Positions 1 through 22,072 of a stretch of DNA of 64,000 bases are shown one piece after another; within the stretch, counting starts at the first letter, position 1; each line of letters starts with the position of its first letter. Origin of the DNA: Paragordius varius (lineage: Eukaryota > Animalia > Nematomorpha); contig OZ176055.1 in the NCBI GenBank assembly GCA_964247055.1, positions 6,634,001-6,698,000 on the forward strand, in the 5' to 3' direction. Under the pieces are notes generated by a model. It had not been told where the DNA came from, ran no database searches, and saw only the letters and a program-made list of their open reading frames with translations. The position numbers and the translations under genes were made by a program.

Positions 1-1369
1 CTTTTTAAGATATTATCACCATATATAATTATTGGAGTTTGTTTTTGTGCATTCGCATAATCCACGAAGCATTTTAACTAATATCAACGAAAATGGTGTT
101 AAACAATTAATTACATCATTTTTTGTACGCAATGACGGGATTGTTTTCTACCTCAGATCATAAGGTTCTAATCAAGTTACTGTTTTAAAAATTGTTTTGG
201 TTAATTTAATCATCAATCCCTTTTTCCTTTATTAGACCAAAAAATTTTTAATTTTTACAGTTTACTATAATCCTGAAATCGGATAGTTTCAAAATATGAT
301 AGAAGAAGCAAACATTGATACTAAATCAATGCTTTGCATTTTCCAGCCATTAATTACAATTATTGGCCTGTTTAGCGATTGAAAAAAATAACACTTTATT
401 ATATTTTTTTCAGGTGGGAGAATAGTAAACAATATTTGAAATTGGTTTTGGTCAAAATTTATTTTTCCTATATTAGATAAATATCTAGAATTTCGCATTT
501 TTCAATGTTTCGAATTCATATATCCAAAACACGATTGAAACAAATAGACATTTAAATCATTAAGTAAAAATTTTCTGGTAAATTCTAATTTGAAAGCTTT
601 GTAATAATTATTTATATTTTTTAATCATATGTGCCTGTTGTATTCGCGAATTTAAAAAATTAAAGAAAAAATGGGAAAAGTTTGAGATGTGGATTTTATT
701 ACAATTAAACATTTAAAAAAATATCATGCATTTATAAGGGAAAAATCATATTTTTTAGATGCTAAAAATTTTAAGATATTTGAATCCAAACGGCGCGAGG
801 CATAAAATTACCCCAAAAGGTCATGAAGTTTTGATGCAGCCTGCTTTGTAGATGCAATAAAATATACCTATGGCTATTTAAAATCCTAGAAAAAAAGAGT
901 TATTCTAGAATATTCGCAATTAAATACCTTCATATATTAATATTTATGTATTAATGAAAATATAACCTCTCACATGAATGAAGTAAAATTCAGTTTTGAA
1001 ATTTTGATATCCATTATTTTTAAGTAATGGCACAATTTGAACATGATATAATATATTTTTCGTAAATGCAAATCTAATAATTCTTTTGGTCTAAAATGTA
1101 TCACAAGGTGAAAATATTACCGACAATTCTGAAATTGAACTTAGTACAGGTCCAAAAATTACTTTAATGTATCCATTAAGGATATTGTTAAATATAAGGC
1201 GTAAATAGCGGCCATTTGCAACCAAATTTGCTGTAAGGTTTCGTATTTTCAACATATTTTCTACACAGTTTGTAAAAAAATTGTTATATTATATTTTGAG
1301 CTTGATTGGTTAAAACATTTTAAATTTGGTTGACCTATAACGATCTTTACCAATGTCTTAAAACTATGT

Positions 1370-1375
<6 letters not shown>

Positions 1376-1408
<33 letters not shown>
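1376..1408. repeat. (TA)n microsatellite; similar tracts at about 1563-1588, 4948-4970, 26093-26110, 47840-47868, 54123-54144, 58638-58659
   Basis: Directly visible alternating TA runs. Confidence 0.9.
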
Positions 1409-1413
<5 letters not shown>

Positions 1414-1563
1414 CTTAAATGAGTTATTATAGCTAATATAAACTGGATGCTGTGAAATAGAAATTAAAGTGTCAACTAAATAAAATCCTATAGTGTTAGC
1501 AACTAGTTTCGCATTTTTGAACACTCTACAACTATTTGAATGTTTACTTATCAAATATGTATG

Positions 1564-1595
<32 letters not shown>

Positions 1596-1872
1596 TTTTT
1601 GGTATAATTTCATTCCGTGGTAAGAACTTAAATTAGATTATATTTAATTTTAAAATGATGAACAAACATACCAATCCAAATTTTATTGGATTGAAAATGC
1701 GCATCATTAAATTTTATATTTCGTTCAATTAAACGAAATCTTAGATATATTAAAAAAAATAAATTAATGTATATAATAATATTTATTAGGCAAGACAGAA
1801 TCGTTAAAATGCTTTTATAATTAAATGATAAATTTTTGTGTGCTCGCCTGAATTGTCCAATTATAAATAAAT

Positions 1873-2084
1873 TAGGGGATCCAACACGCAGCTTGCGAAA
1901 AATTTGGAATATGCACCTAAAATATAAGCGATCTAATTTTTAAACAAATTTTTTTTAATGTGTTTGCATTTACAAGTTTTATGTTTTAAATCTAAAAGAT
2001 TTATAGTGCTCATATATATTTCAAAAGCGGCCCCCCTGTTCCTTTAAGTCAGAAATGGTGCCCGTGAAGCCTTGGATACTCCTG
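1873..2084. mobile_element. Degenerate hAT-like MITE
   Basis: Imperfect termini TAGGGGATCCAA ... TTGGATACTCCTG resemble hAT-type CAGGGGTNTCCAA ends. No TSD recovered. Confidence 0.4.
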
Positions 2085-3139
2085 TTTTGCCAATAAATTT
2101 TTTATGATCCCGATTCGTCACAAGTATGTAATGTATTCTGTTATGTTATTTTCAATAAACCTTATTGTCAGACATATTTCGCCATTATAAAGCTATCGAA
2201 ATTTGAGTATTCGTATATATGTGATAGTTTTATGTTATAAGATCGTTATAGCTATCCCAGGTCAACTAACATATTTAATCCTCTTTTGAAAATTTCTCAA
2301 CAAAAATAAATAGTTTATTCATTTTGTTTATAACCAAAAATACCTTGCTAAATCCGGTGAATTTTATTCTTTGATAAAATAAAACGGACTAAATTATTTC
2401 TTGATTAAATTATACGGTAAATTATATTCTTTGAAATACTTTAATATTACATTTGCCTTCATTAAAAAATTATTAAGATTAATACACTTTTAATTTTATG
2501 GTAAAAAATTATATTAACAAACCGCTCTAAAATACTAACTAAAAATACGTTTAAAATCGGGGGGTATATAAAAATATCTAATAAAATATATTATTTTGAT
2601 AAGAAATATATCAGTCATGGTGCTTGACCCTTAGTGATTTAAAGGGTTTTACACTTTTGTGGTAAGTGTTTTATAGCAGAAAAAAGAAAAATTTGTTGAG
2701 CAGTTTTAGTTAAATAAAATTTATTTGTTGAAAGCTAACCATTTCATTTTAAAAATATCACTAAAATATATAACAAACTACCTATAAAGAACAAAACAAT
2801 ATTTTAATTTAATATTTTTACTCCGAAAGTCTCAAATTTTCTTTATACAATGGGCAGTTATATCTTAAATAAAAAGTGTAGAGAATGCGTGATAAAATTT
2901 TATATATATATGCTAAATTTGAGGTTAAAAACCTTTTTTTGAAAAAATAAATAGTTAAATTTTGGTGAAGCGAATTTTATGGTTATTTGAAAGCATGGTC
3001 GGTATAAAATATTTGATGATGAACACTGTTATCACATAGAAATTGTATTTTAATAATCGTTCGTCTCTATTTAAAATATAAATGTGTTTTTTTACAAAAA
3101 TTTACACAAACTTAAAAGCAATCAAACTTTAACTAACTG

Positions 3140-3570
3140 TGAGGTGCTAATGAATGTTCAGCATCTTTGAATTATATAGAAAATTTTTTAGAACATCTTA
3201 AAGCGTTTTTATACCCTTTCCATCGGCCTCAAATGTTTTAGGTAAGCATCAACAAAGTTTCGCTATAAATCAAAATTTAACATATCAAATTTTTATCGCG
3301 CAATGAAGGCATTTTTTGTTTTAAGAAAACTAGCCCATTTTAGAAAGGCGAAAACATTTGGGATTTTTGGAGCCCATATCTAAAAATTAATTATCTTAAA
3401 TGTTGTTTTGCTTTTGTATTTTAGTGATATTTTTGGATGGAATGAAGCATTTAGCTTTCGCCAAAAATAATTAATTTTTTTGGGCATATGTAATTTCCTG
3501 ATATAAAGCAATTAAACAAAAGTGATAACTTTCTTATATCATTCGTAAGGGCCAAAACCAAAAGGATCAT
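3140..3570 (+). repeat. Dispersed repeat, copy 1 (direct copy at about 16500-16945)
   Basis: Collinear shared blocks: aatgttcagcatc, cttaaagcg.tttt, ggcctcaaa, tagtgatatttt, tcatt.gtaa.gg.caaaacca. Confidence 0.6.
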
Positions 3571-3589
3571 GATAGTCCTAATAAACAAC

Positions 3590-4396
3590 CTAAAGAATAT
3601 ATATATTAATCTGGATATTTTTTTGCGCATACCATGTAAAAAATGCTTCCAATATTATTGATATTATACCTATGACATTGCCTGATAGATTGGATATTTT
3701 TATATTACAAAGTTCTGCGTTACATATATGTGAATTTAAAATGGTGTAATTAATGGTTCCAATATCATTCAAACATCTAAAAATAAAACGCATATAAATA
3801 TGCTAGTTAGAAGTATCATAAGATTGGTTATAATGAATTTATTAGCATACAACCGCAACCGTCTTAATGGTCAAATTTTAATTGCATACAAAATTTTAAT
3901 TAAAATTTAGACTCCCTCCCCCTCAATCATGACCTTCTTTTTAAATACCAGTGCTTAAAATTCATTTGCTCATGCTTACGGTTTTTAAAGTTTAAATTTT
4001 AAAATTTGCTATAATTAACATCATTGTTTAACAAATTATATTTTTTGATTTAAAAGTTAGTATTGTATTTCAAAACCCCTATATTTTTTATAACAGTGGG
4101 TTAACATATAAATATAGATGAGTGCACATTCGATGCAAAGCTCCCTATCGTAGATTACTTTCAAAATCAATTTTTTTATATAAAGATATATTACCCGTAA
4201 ATATTAGATGTATTTCGTTCAACGTATTTTAAACAAAATGATTTAGAGTAACATACATGAGTAGGACAGTTAGAACAGTAACAACCTACATAAAACATTA
4301 AGCAATATAATAACTTGTGGATTCCAAAGTGTGCTTTAGAAAAGTCAACGATAAGGTTAATATAATTGTTATGTAACTTTTGCAATATTTTTCCAT
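3590..4396 (-). CDS. Small Cys-rich three-finger (activin type I receptor ectodomain / Ly6-like) membrane protein; exons 4396-4315, 4285-4195, 3776-3590 (3' end uncertain)
   Basis: Phase-consistent splicing (29-nt intron 4286-4314; intron 3777-4194) gives MEKYCKSYITIILTLSLTFLKHTLESTS-CYCSNCPTHVCYSKSFCLKYVERNTSNIYG-CLNDIGTINYTILNSHICNAELCN-IKISNLSGNVIGIISIILEAFFTW...: signal-peptide-like N-terminus, CxC..C..C..C..GC..CxxxxCN cysteine pattern, then a hydrophobic segment. Confidence 0.5.
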
Positions 4397-4838
4397 CGCA
4401 TTAAAACAAAAGTAAATGATTGAACGAAATGCACAAGTAAGCAAATATTAAGTACGCAGGCAAAAAATTTATACGCAAAGTTTATTTTAAAAAATAAAAA
4501 TTTATTATATTGATTAATATTATTATATGATATACACATTAATGAAAGATATATAAATACATTGTTATCTATATATGTTTAAAAGAACATTTTTATACGT
4601 TATTAATCAAACTTACAACTTACACACTTTATATATATAAGGTAATGTGAATATCAATATATCAATATTAACAATAAAGTCAAAACTAAAATGCACATAT
4701 TATTATTGAATTTTGTAGGATTTCGCCTAAATTACCTTTTTAGAAAACTCAAACATTAGGCTAGGATGAAAATAAAAAATGCTATTTGCAAACCATATAT
4801 CAATCAAATAATAATTAATGCGAAATTATTGAATCTTC

Positions 4839-13390
<8,552 letters not shown>

Positions 13391-13989
13391 AAGAGAGAGC
13401 TTTACCAAAATCAGCTGAAATTTTTAACCATTTGTTTTATATTTTCTTTGTCTGCGGTTTATAATTTGCAGTAAAGGTGTATAAATTATTTTTATTTTAT
13501 TGGTTTATAAACGAAAATATAGGTTAACTTCTGTCCACAGATACAATAAGTTTTATTTTATACTATTGTCACAAAATGGAGCGGTATTAGGAAATACATT
13601 TTCCACACACAAAAGCAAATTTTTGATAAAAGCTTATTACTTTGCTAAAAATATCATAAAATGCATTAAATATAAGTAATACTTCACACTTTTATTTTAC
13701 GAAAATTTTGGGGTTTTCTACAAAAGTATTAAACAAATAAAAGTTGGTTTTGGTTAAAAATTAATTATTTTGCCCTTCTCTCATGTATTAATTATAAATT
13801 TATAATTTTTGCAGTTTTGTCTAGAGTGAACAGCAGATAGTATAATCGACAAATAAGAATTCCCTGGTAAATTTCGCTTGAAAGTTTTCCAAATTAATTG
13901 TTTTGACTTTGCATGTTATATTGGTAAAAAAATAAAGAAATGATGCAAAAAGTTTGAGTGAGGATTTTTTATGATTTTAATTTTAAAAC

Positions 13990-15955
13990 TTCGATTCAAA
14001 TTGGGGTATCTAAATACCCCAGACTAAATTTAAATTAAAATTTTTAAAAAACTACTGAAGGAAACGGTCCCAATTTAAATTTATGCTTCGATCCTGATAA
14101 ATATTATATAAATATGCCAAAATATCTTGATAAAACTTAGTTTTGAAAAAAAATTCATCTCAAACTACTTCGACGCCATTTTTATTTTACAAAAATTTTG
14201 CAAAATATCGTCTTCATTTAATTTTAGGCATAAAACTAAAGCTTATTTTTCATTTTTACATCACATTGATAGAAATAGAAAAAGCGGTTTATTTTGTATT
14301 ATTTTTTAATTTTTTCCATTGCACACATGTCACGGTGACCAAATTCTTACCTTTCGATTTTAGCTTAAAATAAGTATTATCAAGTATTTTTGAATAAAAT
14401 TTTTAATATATTTCGGTTTCTTAATGATATATAAGTGCAAAATTTTATCATGGTTTCGATTGCCTCCATACTTTTTAAAGTATTAGATTTTAAACAGGGC
14501 TGGGATATCCAACTACCCCAATTTGAATCGAAGGACTAAAATGAGTGTGTTGTATCCAAGTGTTAAAAAATAAATTCTTCGTATCATGTGCCAAAAAGGC
14601 TAAAGAAAGCATATTCTCTTTGGCGTGCTACAAATATTTTTTAAGATTTATAAATTTTCAATGGTTTTAGGGTAAAAAAAGACCCATTTATAAAATTTGT
14701 GAGCATCAAAATTCCTAAATATTTACCCCAATAACACTTTATTACCTTTCACTTTTTTGTCTGAATTTACATATTGGGGTGGTTTAATATCTCTGAACTC
14801 AAATTTGTGAAACACTAAGTTTTGACAGTTATTTTAGTTATAATTTATTATCAACATTGCTTTCATGAATTATCACTAGGATACAACATATTCATTTCAA
14901 TCCTTCGATTCAAATTAGGGGAATTGTGAACCCCAGGCCTGTTTAAAATAAAATACTTTAAAAAATATGGAAGGAATCAAAACCATGGCAAAATTTTGCA
15001 CTTATATAACATGGATAAACCGAAACTAATAAAAAAATTTATTCAAATTGATTTTCCCCATTTTAATGTAATACCCAATATAAAAATTTAGTCAACGTAA
15101 CATGTGTGCATCGGCTAAATTGAAAAAAATACAAAAAAAACACTTTTTCTAAACTATCAATGGTAGATGTAATTTCAATAAAAAATTAACTTTAAATTTA
15201 TTTTTAAAATTAAATGAATACGATGTTTTGCAAAAAATTTTAAAATAAAAATGGCTTCGAGGTAGTTTGACATGGAACTTTTTTTATATAATTTTTATTA
15301 CAATATAAGCATAAATTTAAATTGGGACCGTTTCCTTCAGTAGTTTCTTAAACTTGGATACAACACATTCATTTTAGTCCTTAATTAGGGTAGTATACCT
15401 CAGGCCTGTTTAAAATTAAATTTTTCAGAAAATATGGAAGGAATTGAAACCATGGCAAAATTTTGCACTTATATATCATTGAGAAACCGAAATATATAAA
15501 AAAAATTTTTCAAAAATACTTGATTTTTAAGCTAAAATCGAAAGGTAAAAATTTGGTCACCGTGCATGTGTGCAATGGTAAAAATTAAAATACAAATAAA
15601 CCGCTTTTTCTATTTCCATCAATGTGATGTAATTTAAATAAAAAATTCATCTTTTATTTTACCCTTAAAATTAAATGAGATATTTTGCAAAAATTTTGTA
15701 AAATAAAAATGGCGTCGAAGCAGTTTGACATGGAACCTTTTTTAAAAAAACAAAATTTTATTTAGATATTTTGGCATATTTATATAAATTTTTATTAGGA
15801 TAGAAGCCTAAATTTAAATTGCCGTTTCATTCAGTAGGTTTTGAAAAACCTTAAATCAAATTTAATCTGGGGTATTTAGATTGAATCGAAGTGTTCAAAA
15901 TATTAATCGCAATTCACTCTGGGGTATTTAGAGACTCCAATTTGAATCGAACTGT
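13990..15955. mobile_element. Composite foldback / long inverted-repeat element upstream of CUL1
   Basis: About 14040-14480 is the reverse complement of both about 14940-15345 and about 15400-15850 (two tandem copies, each starting CAGGCCTGTTTAAAAT). The motif TTCGATTCAAATT.GGG or its complement recurs at about 13990, 14515, 14905 and 15935. Confidence 0.8.
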
Positions 15956-16499
15956 TAAATAAAAAGGTTTATTTTACAGTTTTGTGGCTTCTAGAATCTA
16001 AAATTGGAACAGATTCAAAACACTGAAATGAGCTGTGATGATATCAAATTTTCCAAGTAAGTCGGCACCTTTTTAAATTTAGTATTATTATTTCTAACCA
16101 TAATATACATTTATCCTGTTACATTGGCATTCAAAAAAAATTATAAATGGCGGCGAAAAAATTTAAGATGAGGATTTTAATTTGTGTATGTACCTAATAG
16201 GCTAAAAAGGCATGTTTTTAAATTCCGGTTAATACCTTTAATTTAAGTTATTCGAATTTCATATCGCTCTGGGATATAAAACTACCCGAAAAGCTAATGG
16301 ACTGTTATGAGCTAGTCTCTATATATAAACGCGAAAATGTTGAGATTTCGTGAAGAGAATTTTTAATTATAAGATTATGACATTACAAAAAAATATTTTT
16401 GAATTTACGTATACTTTGGTTATCCATATTTTAAAACCTGTATTTTATGGTATTTCGGAACATGAAAACGGTATAATATTCACCACAATTATAAAGTAA

Positions 16500-16945
16500 A
16501 CGAAGGAAGTGAAATGTTCAGCATCAGTATTTATTAAAAATAAGTTTTATAAATTCTTAAAGCGCTTTTATTCCCTTTACATCTGGCCTCAAAAAGGTAT
16601 GTAGTACGCTTCAATTTGCTTAAAACTATATTTTTAAAAAAGTATCAATATTTAGCATATATTTAAAATTTTTATGGCGTGCTGGCTTTTTGCGTTTGTA
16701 AGACTATAAAGGGTTAAAAAATACGTTTATTTCGGAGCTCATCTAACAAATAAAATATAAAAAATATTGTTTTGCTTTTAACATATATTATGATAAACTT
16801 TAGTGATATTTTTAGAATGAAGAATTTATTACTTAAAATTTGATAAATGCACAATATTTGCCATTTTCTGATATGGAGTACTTACCACAAAGGTATAAAT
16901 AACTTACCTAAATCATTTGTAACGGCAAAACCAAGAGCACCAGGA
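16500..16945 (+). repeat. Dispersed repeat, copy 2 (see 3140-3570)
   Basis: Collinear similarity to 3140-3570. Confidence 0.6.
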
Positions 16946-16948
16946 TAA

Positions 16949-17835
16949 CACTAGACGACAAATTTTGACTTTTTTTAACTGCCATTCTTAAAAATTTAAA
17001 ATTTATTTCATCAAAATATATAAATAGAATATAAAAAAAAGAGCCCAAAAACTGTATCTTTCGAATGGTAGTTGGTCATTTAAATCAATCTGTAAAAGTT
17101 ATTTGGGTTCATATTGTCAAAATTCCAACTCTTAAATAAGTCAAAAATTGTAACTGACAAACTAATTTTATTTTACCATAGTAAAAAATTTGAAAAAATA
17201 TTAATCAAAAAGCTGTTGGTTATTTTTAATAAAAATTATCATTATCAATATTTTTTACCTACTGAATTCTTAACAGAAAATTTTTTACTAATCGTTAAAT
17301 TTGTTTTTACTCTTTGAAATTTCGAAATTATAATCCTCCTAAAGAAAAATTAATATTGATTAGATGGTAAATTTTTTAAAAACAAAAAAAATAAAAAAAT
17401 AGCTGTTATGAATGGCATAATAGCAATAAATAGGTGTTATAATCGAAACTTTCCTGTTTATCTTTTTTGGACATTCATTGCCATCTAGACAAATATTGAG
17501 CCATTTTCATTCATTAGTTTTAAAAATATATTAATTAAGAAAACGCTATCGCTTCGCGGGTTTGTCACTTCCTATTTCCAATATTAACCATGGATATAAA
17601 TATTAGTATGCATTTTATAGAGTTTACTCTTAATGCTATATTACAAATGGGTATTTGTTTTATGTTTTCTAAGAAAAACAATATTTAGCAAAATTTTGAT
17701 AAAGAGGGAGCATAACTTAAAAAATTATACAAAATTTTTGGGTGGAATTATAATTTTTGTTTCCGATATACTGTTTAATTGATTGTAAATATCAGAAAAT
17801 TTAACTCGAGTGGCAGAAAAATTTGTTGTCTAGTG
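16949..17835. mobile_element. Non-autonomous TIR element (CACTAGAC.ACAAATTT ends), uninterrupted copy
   Basis: TIRs CACTAGACGACAAATTTT ... AAAATTTGTTGTCTAGTG; the body is the reverse complement of 27785-28276 plus 30322-30945. Confidence 0.75.
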
Positions 17836-17987
17836 TATTCGAATACAAATTAAACTAAAAAAAATTCCATATTTGTAATTTATATACAAAGCTCTGGGAT
17901 CAAGAATTGCCCAAAGGTAAACTAACAGAAAAGTGAAAAAGTGTTAACTCAAAAGACGATTATAAAGAATTTTATGAGTGTTATGAC

Positions 17988-19197
17988 ACATTGCGCAGCA
18001 AAAAATATAGGGTCATGAATCATATATCATTCGATAGCTAAAGGTTTCTGGATATAAATATCATAACAATATATGCGGTTAAATATTAGGAAAAAAGATT
18101 ATTTAAATTTTTCTTTTATCAGCCAAAATCAAAATATCGCATCTTTATCGCGCATTAGGTCAAATATAATTTAATACAATAGATGATAATGTGTAAACTA
18201 AATTTTATTAGTTTAAATATAGCATAAAGATTGAACGCAAAATATTATCAATAAAGATTTTACATTTTTTCTGAGGGTACTAGAAATACCAGAACATATA
18301 AGCTAAAAAATCTCACTTTGGTGTCAAATTAATCATAAAACTTGTTAATGTGCGGTAAAATATTCATTTTTTAATAAATTATCATATAATAACTCTATAT
18401 ATATAGTTTACCCAATTATAGCCTTAAAAAATGTTTCGATGTGCACGAAAGCAGAGATTGCTTACTATTTTTACAAAACTTTTATTATGTATATTACAAA
18501 TACCTTCTCCATACAATTTGATGCAGAAAAAAGATTTATAATCGCAATTGATATCGGAAATTTTTTACTAAATTTGGTTATATATTTTTGCGCCATTTTC
18601 GCCTTTAACACCGGCTTTAGGGCATAAAAATTCCCCAAATCAAAAAATGAGTAGACTGATCTTTATTGCATTGAATTGGATGAAAAGATATTTATAATAT
18701 ATTAAATTAAAAATTATACCCTGCTTCCGCTTTGATGCAAATTCTCAAAAAATTATTTGTTTTTATATAAGGCCTAAATTTTTTGTAGGCCATTTGGGTA
18801 AACTCTATTGTAGAATTAATATATGATTGTTTTAATATAATCATTTACCGCATATTATTAATTATTAGAATTTGAAATAAAAGGGCTTTTTTGCTTAAAT
18901 TCTTGTAAGTCTTTCTAAGACCCTCCCAAAAAGTATTAAATTTTTAGTAATAATATTTTGTGTGTAAAATTATTGCTATAAATAAAATTGAATTGACACC
19001 ATTTATCTATGTTAATTTTAACGTGACCAAATATGAGATAATGCGATTTTTCGTTTTTGGTTAATAACAGAAAATTCTAAATATTTTTTTTATTTTAATC
19101 GCATATACATCATATCAATATTCATACTGAAACTTTTAGTCAAATGATATATAATTCATTAACCTTTATTTTTGATTCCCATTTTTGCCGCACAGTG
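17988..19197. mobile_element. Degenerate non-autonomous element with CAC...GTG termini and long imperfect TIRs
   Basis: CACATTGCGCAGCAAAAAAT at the left and ATTTTTGCCGCACAGTG at the right; 17990-18150 is an imperfect inverted match to 19030-19197; related sequence at about 21170-21320. Confidence 0.4.
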
Positions 19198-22072
19198 AAA
19201 TTTAATCTCTGATTCTTTAACTTAAAAAATAATAAATGAAAACTATTTTGACCAAAATAAGAATATTAAATATTAATTTAGAAAAAACGTATTAATTCCC
19301 AAAAGCTGTCAAAATATAAATAAAATCATTCTAAATTTTTTAAAATCCCCATATCAAACCTTCTGCTGTCATATCTACCTAATACGTTTTCGGTAAAACG
19401 TTAGTTTAATTTAATAATTACCATAGGGGGCCGGTGAATTTTTGCTTATATTAATAATTATGAATTAGCTAAAATATATAACTAAATAGTGTTGAAAAAA
19501 GTTATAGATACTATTTTAGCGCCATTTCTATTTCAAATTTTTTTGTAAAATATCATGCTTTTTGAATTACCGGTTAATACTAATGTTATTGCGCGCATTA
19601 TTTTGGACAAAACACACAGAAAAGACCGTTAAATTGGCAATATTTCAGGTCATTCACTCATTTAATGTTGTATTACAGATTTAACCATAAAATTTAGATA
19701 AAACTTATATTTTGGATCAATGTTTGAGAAGTGCAAACCCTTTGAAATCAATTCGATATAGTCCATATTTTCTAAAAAAATTTGGGTCGTCAACCACTCT
19801 AGGTATCGGAAGACACGGTAAGATTTGATTATAGTGTGGATGTGCATATGAAAATTTTTTATATTTTTAAAACAAAATTAATTAATCAAATTTGATTAAC
19901 TATATATGAAAACTTTTGATATTTTGGATGATTTATTTTAATTTTTTATGTATGTTTCATTGGATTTTCCGTTTATCTAATTTATCAACTAACCCTTATA
20001 AAAAATTAGACCATAACAATATAATTTTAAACATGGGATAACTTACAACATCGTTCTTATTTATTAGATAAAAAAATCTCATATTTATTTCAATTCTGAA
20101 GTGAGCATAGCTCCAAAACCTGATGAAATAAACAGAGGATTTAGAATCAAATATCAAAAATTTACTGCTAAACTGCAATCTGAAAGCTCTTCTTTTAAGT
20201 TTTACATTTACTTGCATTTGTGTTTAGTGATTTAAAAAATCCAAAGAAAAAAATGGCGGTTAAAAAGTTTGAGATGATGATTTTTTTAAAAAAAATATTG
20301 AAGTAAGCATCTAAAAGCCTAAATAATGTATCCCTTTTAATTTGTCTTAATAAATTAAAAACTTTTTAGATCTTCGAATTATGAAACTATTTCATTTAAT
20401 AGTTATAAGAATCGGATTAACGATAAATACCGTTCGCATGCTGAAAAACAATTATTTTAATTTTCATCATAGGCGAAATCGAAATATTGCATTTTTTTCT
20501 TCATATTTGGTCGGAAAAAAATTAAAGCCAGTTAAATAATATTTATTAATACGTATGATGAAGACCCTAAACTCTAAATATTGTTTAAAATTTTTGATGC
20601 AAGATCTTTGAAAGGCCACAATAATTGAGAAATTGCGATTTCCTCAAAAATTAATATTATATAATTTATTTTATACCTAATATAAATATTAATTAGGCAA
20701 TATATCTCATTCATTAAAAAATGAATTAGCTATTATGAATTTTTTTAAGTAATTTGCATCGTAGCGGGAGTAGTGTATAATTTAACAAAACTTCTAATAT
20801 TTACATATATAATATAAATTTGCCTATACAATGCAGAAAATTTTGATATAGGATATTTTTTATGCTCGAAAGTTGTGATTAAATATTTGCGCCATGTTTT
20901 TGATCTCAGGTTTCAGGTAAAAAATAGGTTGAGGCCATAAGTCTCGAATGGTATTTATAGACTGGCAACGGGTTTTACCGCTACGATGCCTCTTATATAG
21001 AGCTTTTGTAATTTTTTAACGCAATTTATTAACACCTTATATATTTATATATAGTGAGTATACGATTGTTTAAAATACCGCATAATCGTATTTTGCATAT
21101 CTCCTAAAGATTGATTTTTTAATTTCTTGCGGTTTTTCAAGGACATATTAAAACTTTTATCCGATCTAATCGAGAAAAATGCCATTTTTTAACAACAGAA
21201 AAATTTAAATTAATTTTTTTATTATTTTAACCCATTTATCATTGCGATATCATTTGTTTTCTATAAAATTATATATTATTTCACAAACATACGTTTTTTG
21301 ATACCTCTTTTTGTCGCACATTATAGTATCAAAATAAACCTATCTACAAATAAAGATGACAATAATATTTATTGCCAGCAAGGTGTAAATTGATTCGTGA
21401 ATGCAGGATATGTCCTTCAGATCAGGTGTGCCCAACGAGCGGCCGTGATTTGTGGGCCCATAGAAAAAATTTGAAAAATATTAAATAATATCAGATTGCA
21501 AATTTCCAAATTTTTGTCAAAATTAAATATCTAAAATTAATATAATTTTTCGTTTATAATATTACATTTAAAATATTTTTCTTATAGCTAATGCTCAAAT
21601 TTTATGAACATCAGTGATACTTCGATAAAGACTTCGATTAAATATTTAGAAATACCACTTTTTAATCTACTGATTCTTAAGGCTGAAAATATTTCTTTTA
21701 AGCGGTTTTTGGCAACGGCATAATACCAATAATTTGAAAAATAAATACTGGTTTTATTCTTAACTTTTTGGCATTAATTTTTATTAAGCTCATTAATTTT
21801 ATTATCTTTAAGCGGCCATTATATTATTTAAGTTGAAAATGTAGCCATATAGTCAAATGTGTTAATCCTATCTTGTCATTATATTCTGCGTTGATCATCG
21901 GTATCTTATGAACCTATTGCATTTTTTATCCAATTACGATATATATATAAAATATAAATTAATTATTAAAAAAAGTGGATTTAAATTTATTATTAAAGTA
22001 TATAATTTGTTGATAAAATCTAAAACTAAATTGACATTGACTATGATTGTATATAAATATGTGCGTGTTAAA

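Noticed and set aside
14127-14373. Short ORFs in the foldback and other repeats (14127-14373, 17114-17317, 18439-18627, 30588-30896)
   Set aside because: They lie within non-coding repeat families whose paralogous copies do not keep the frame.
15995-16015. U6 snRNA-like CTAAAATTGGAAC
   Set aside because: No ACAGAGA box or other U6 sequence follows.
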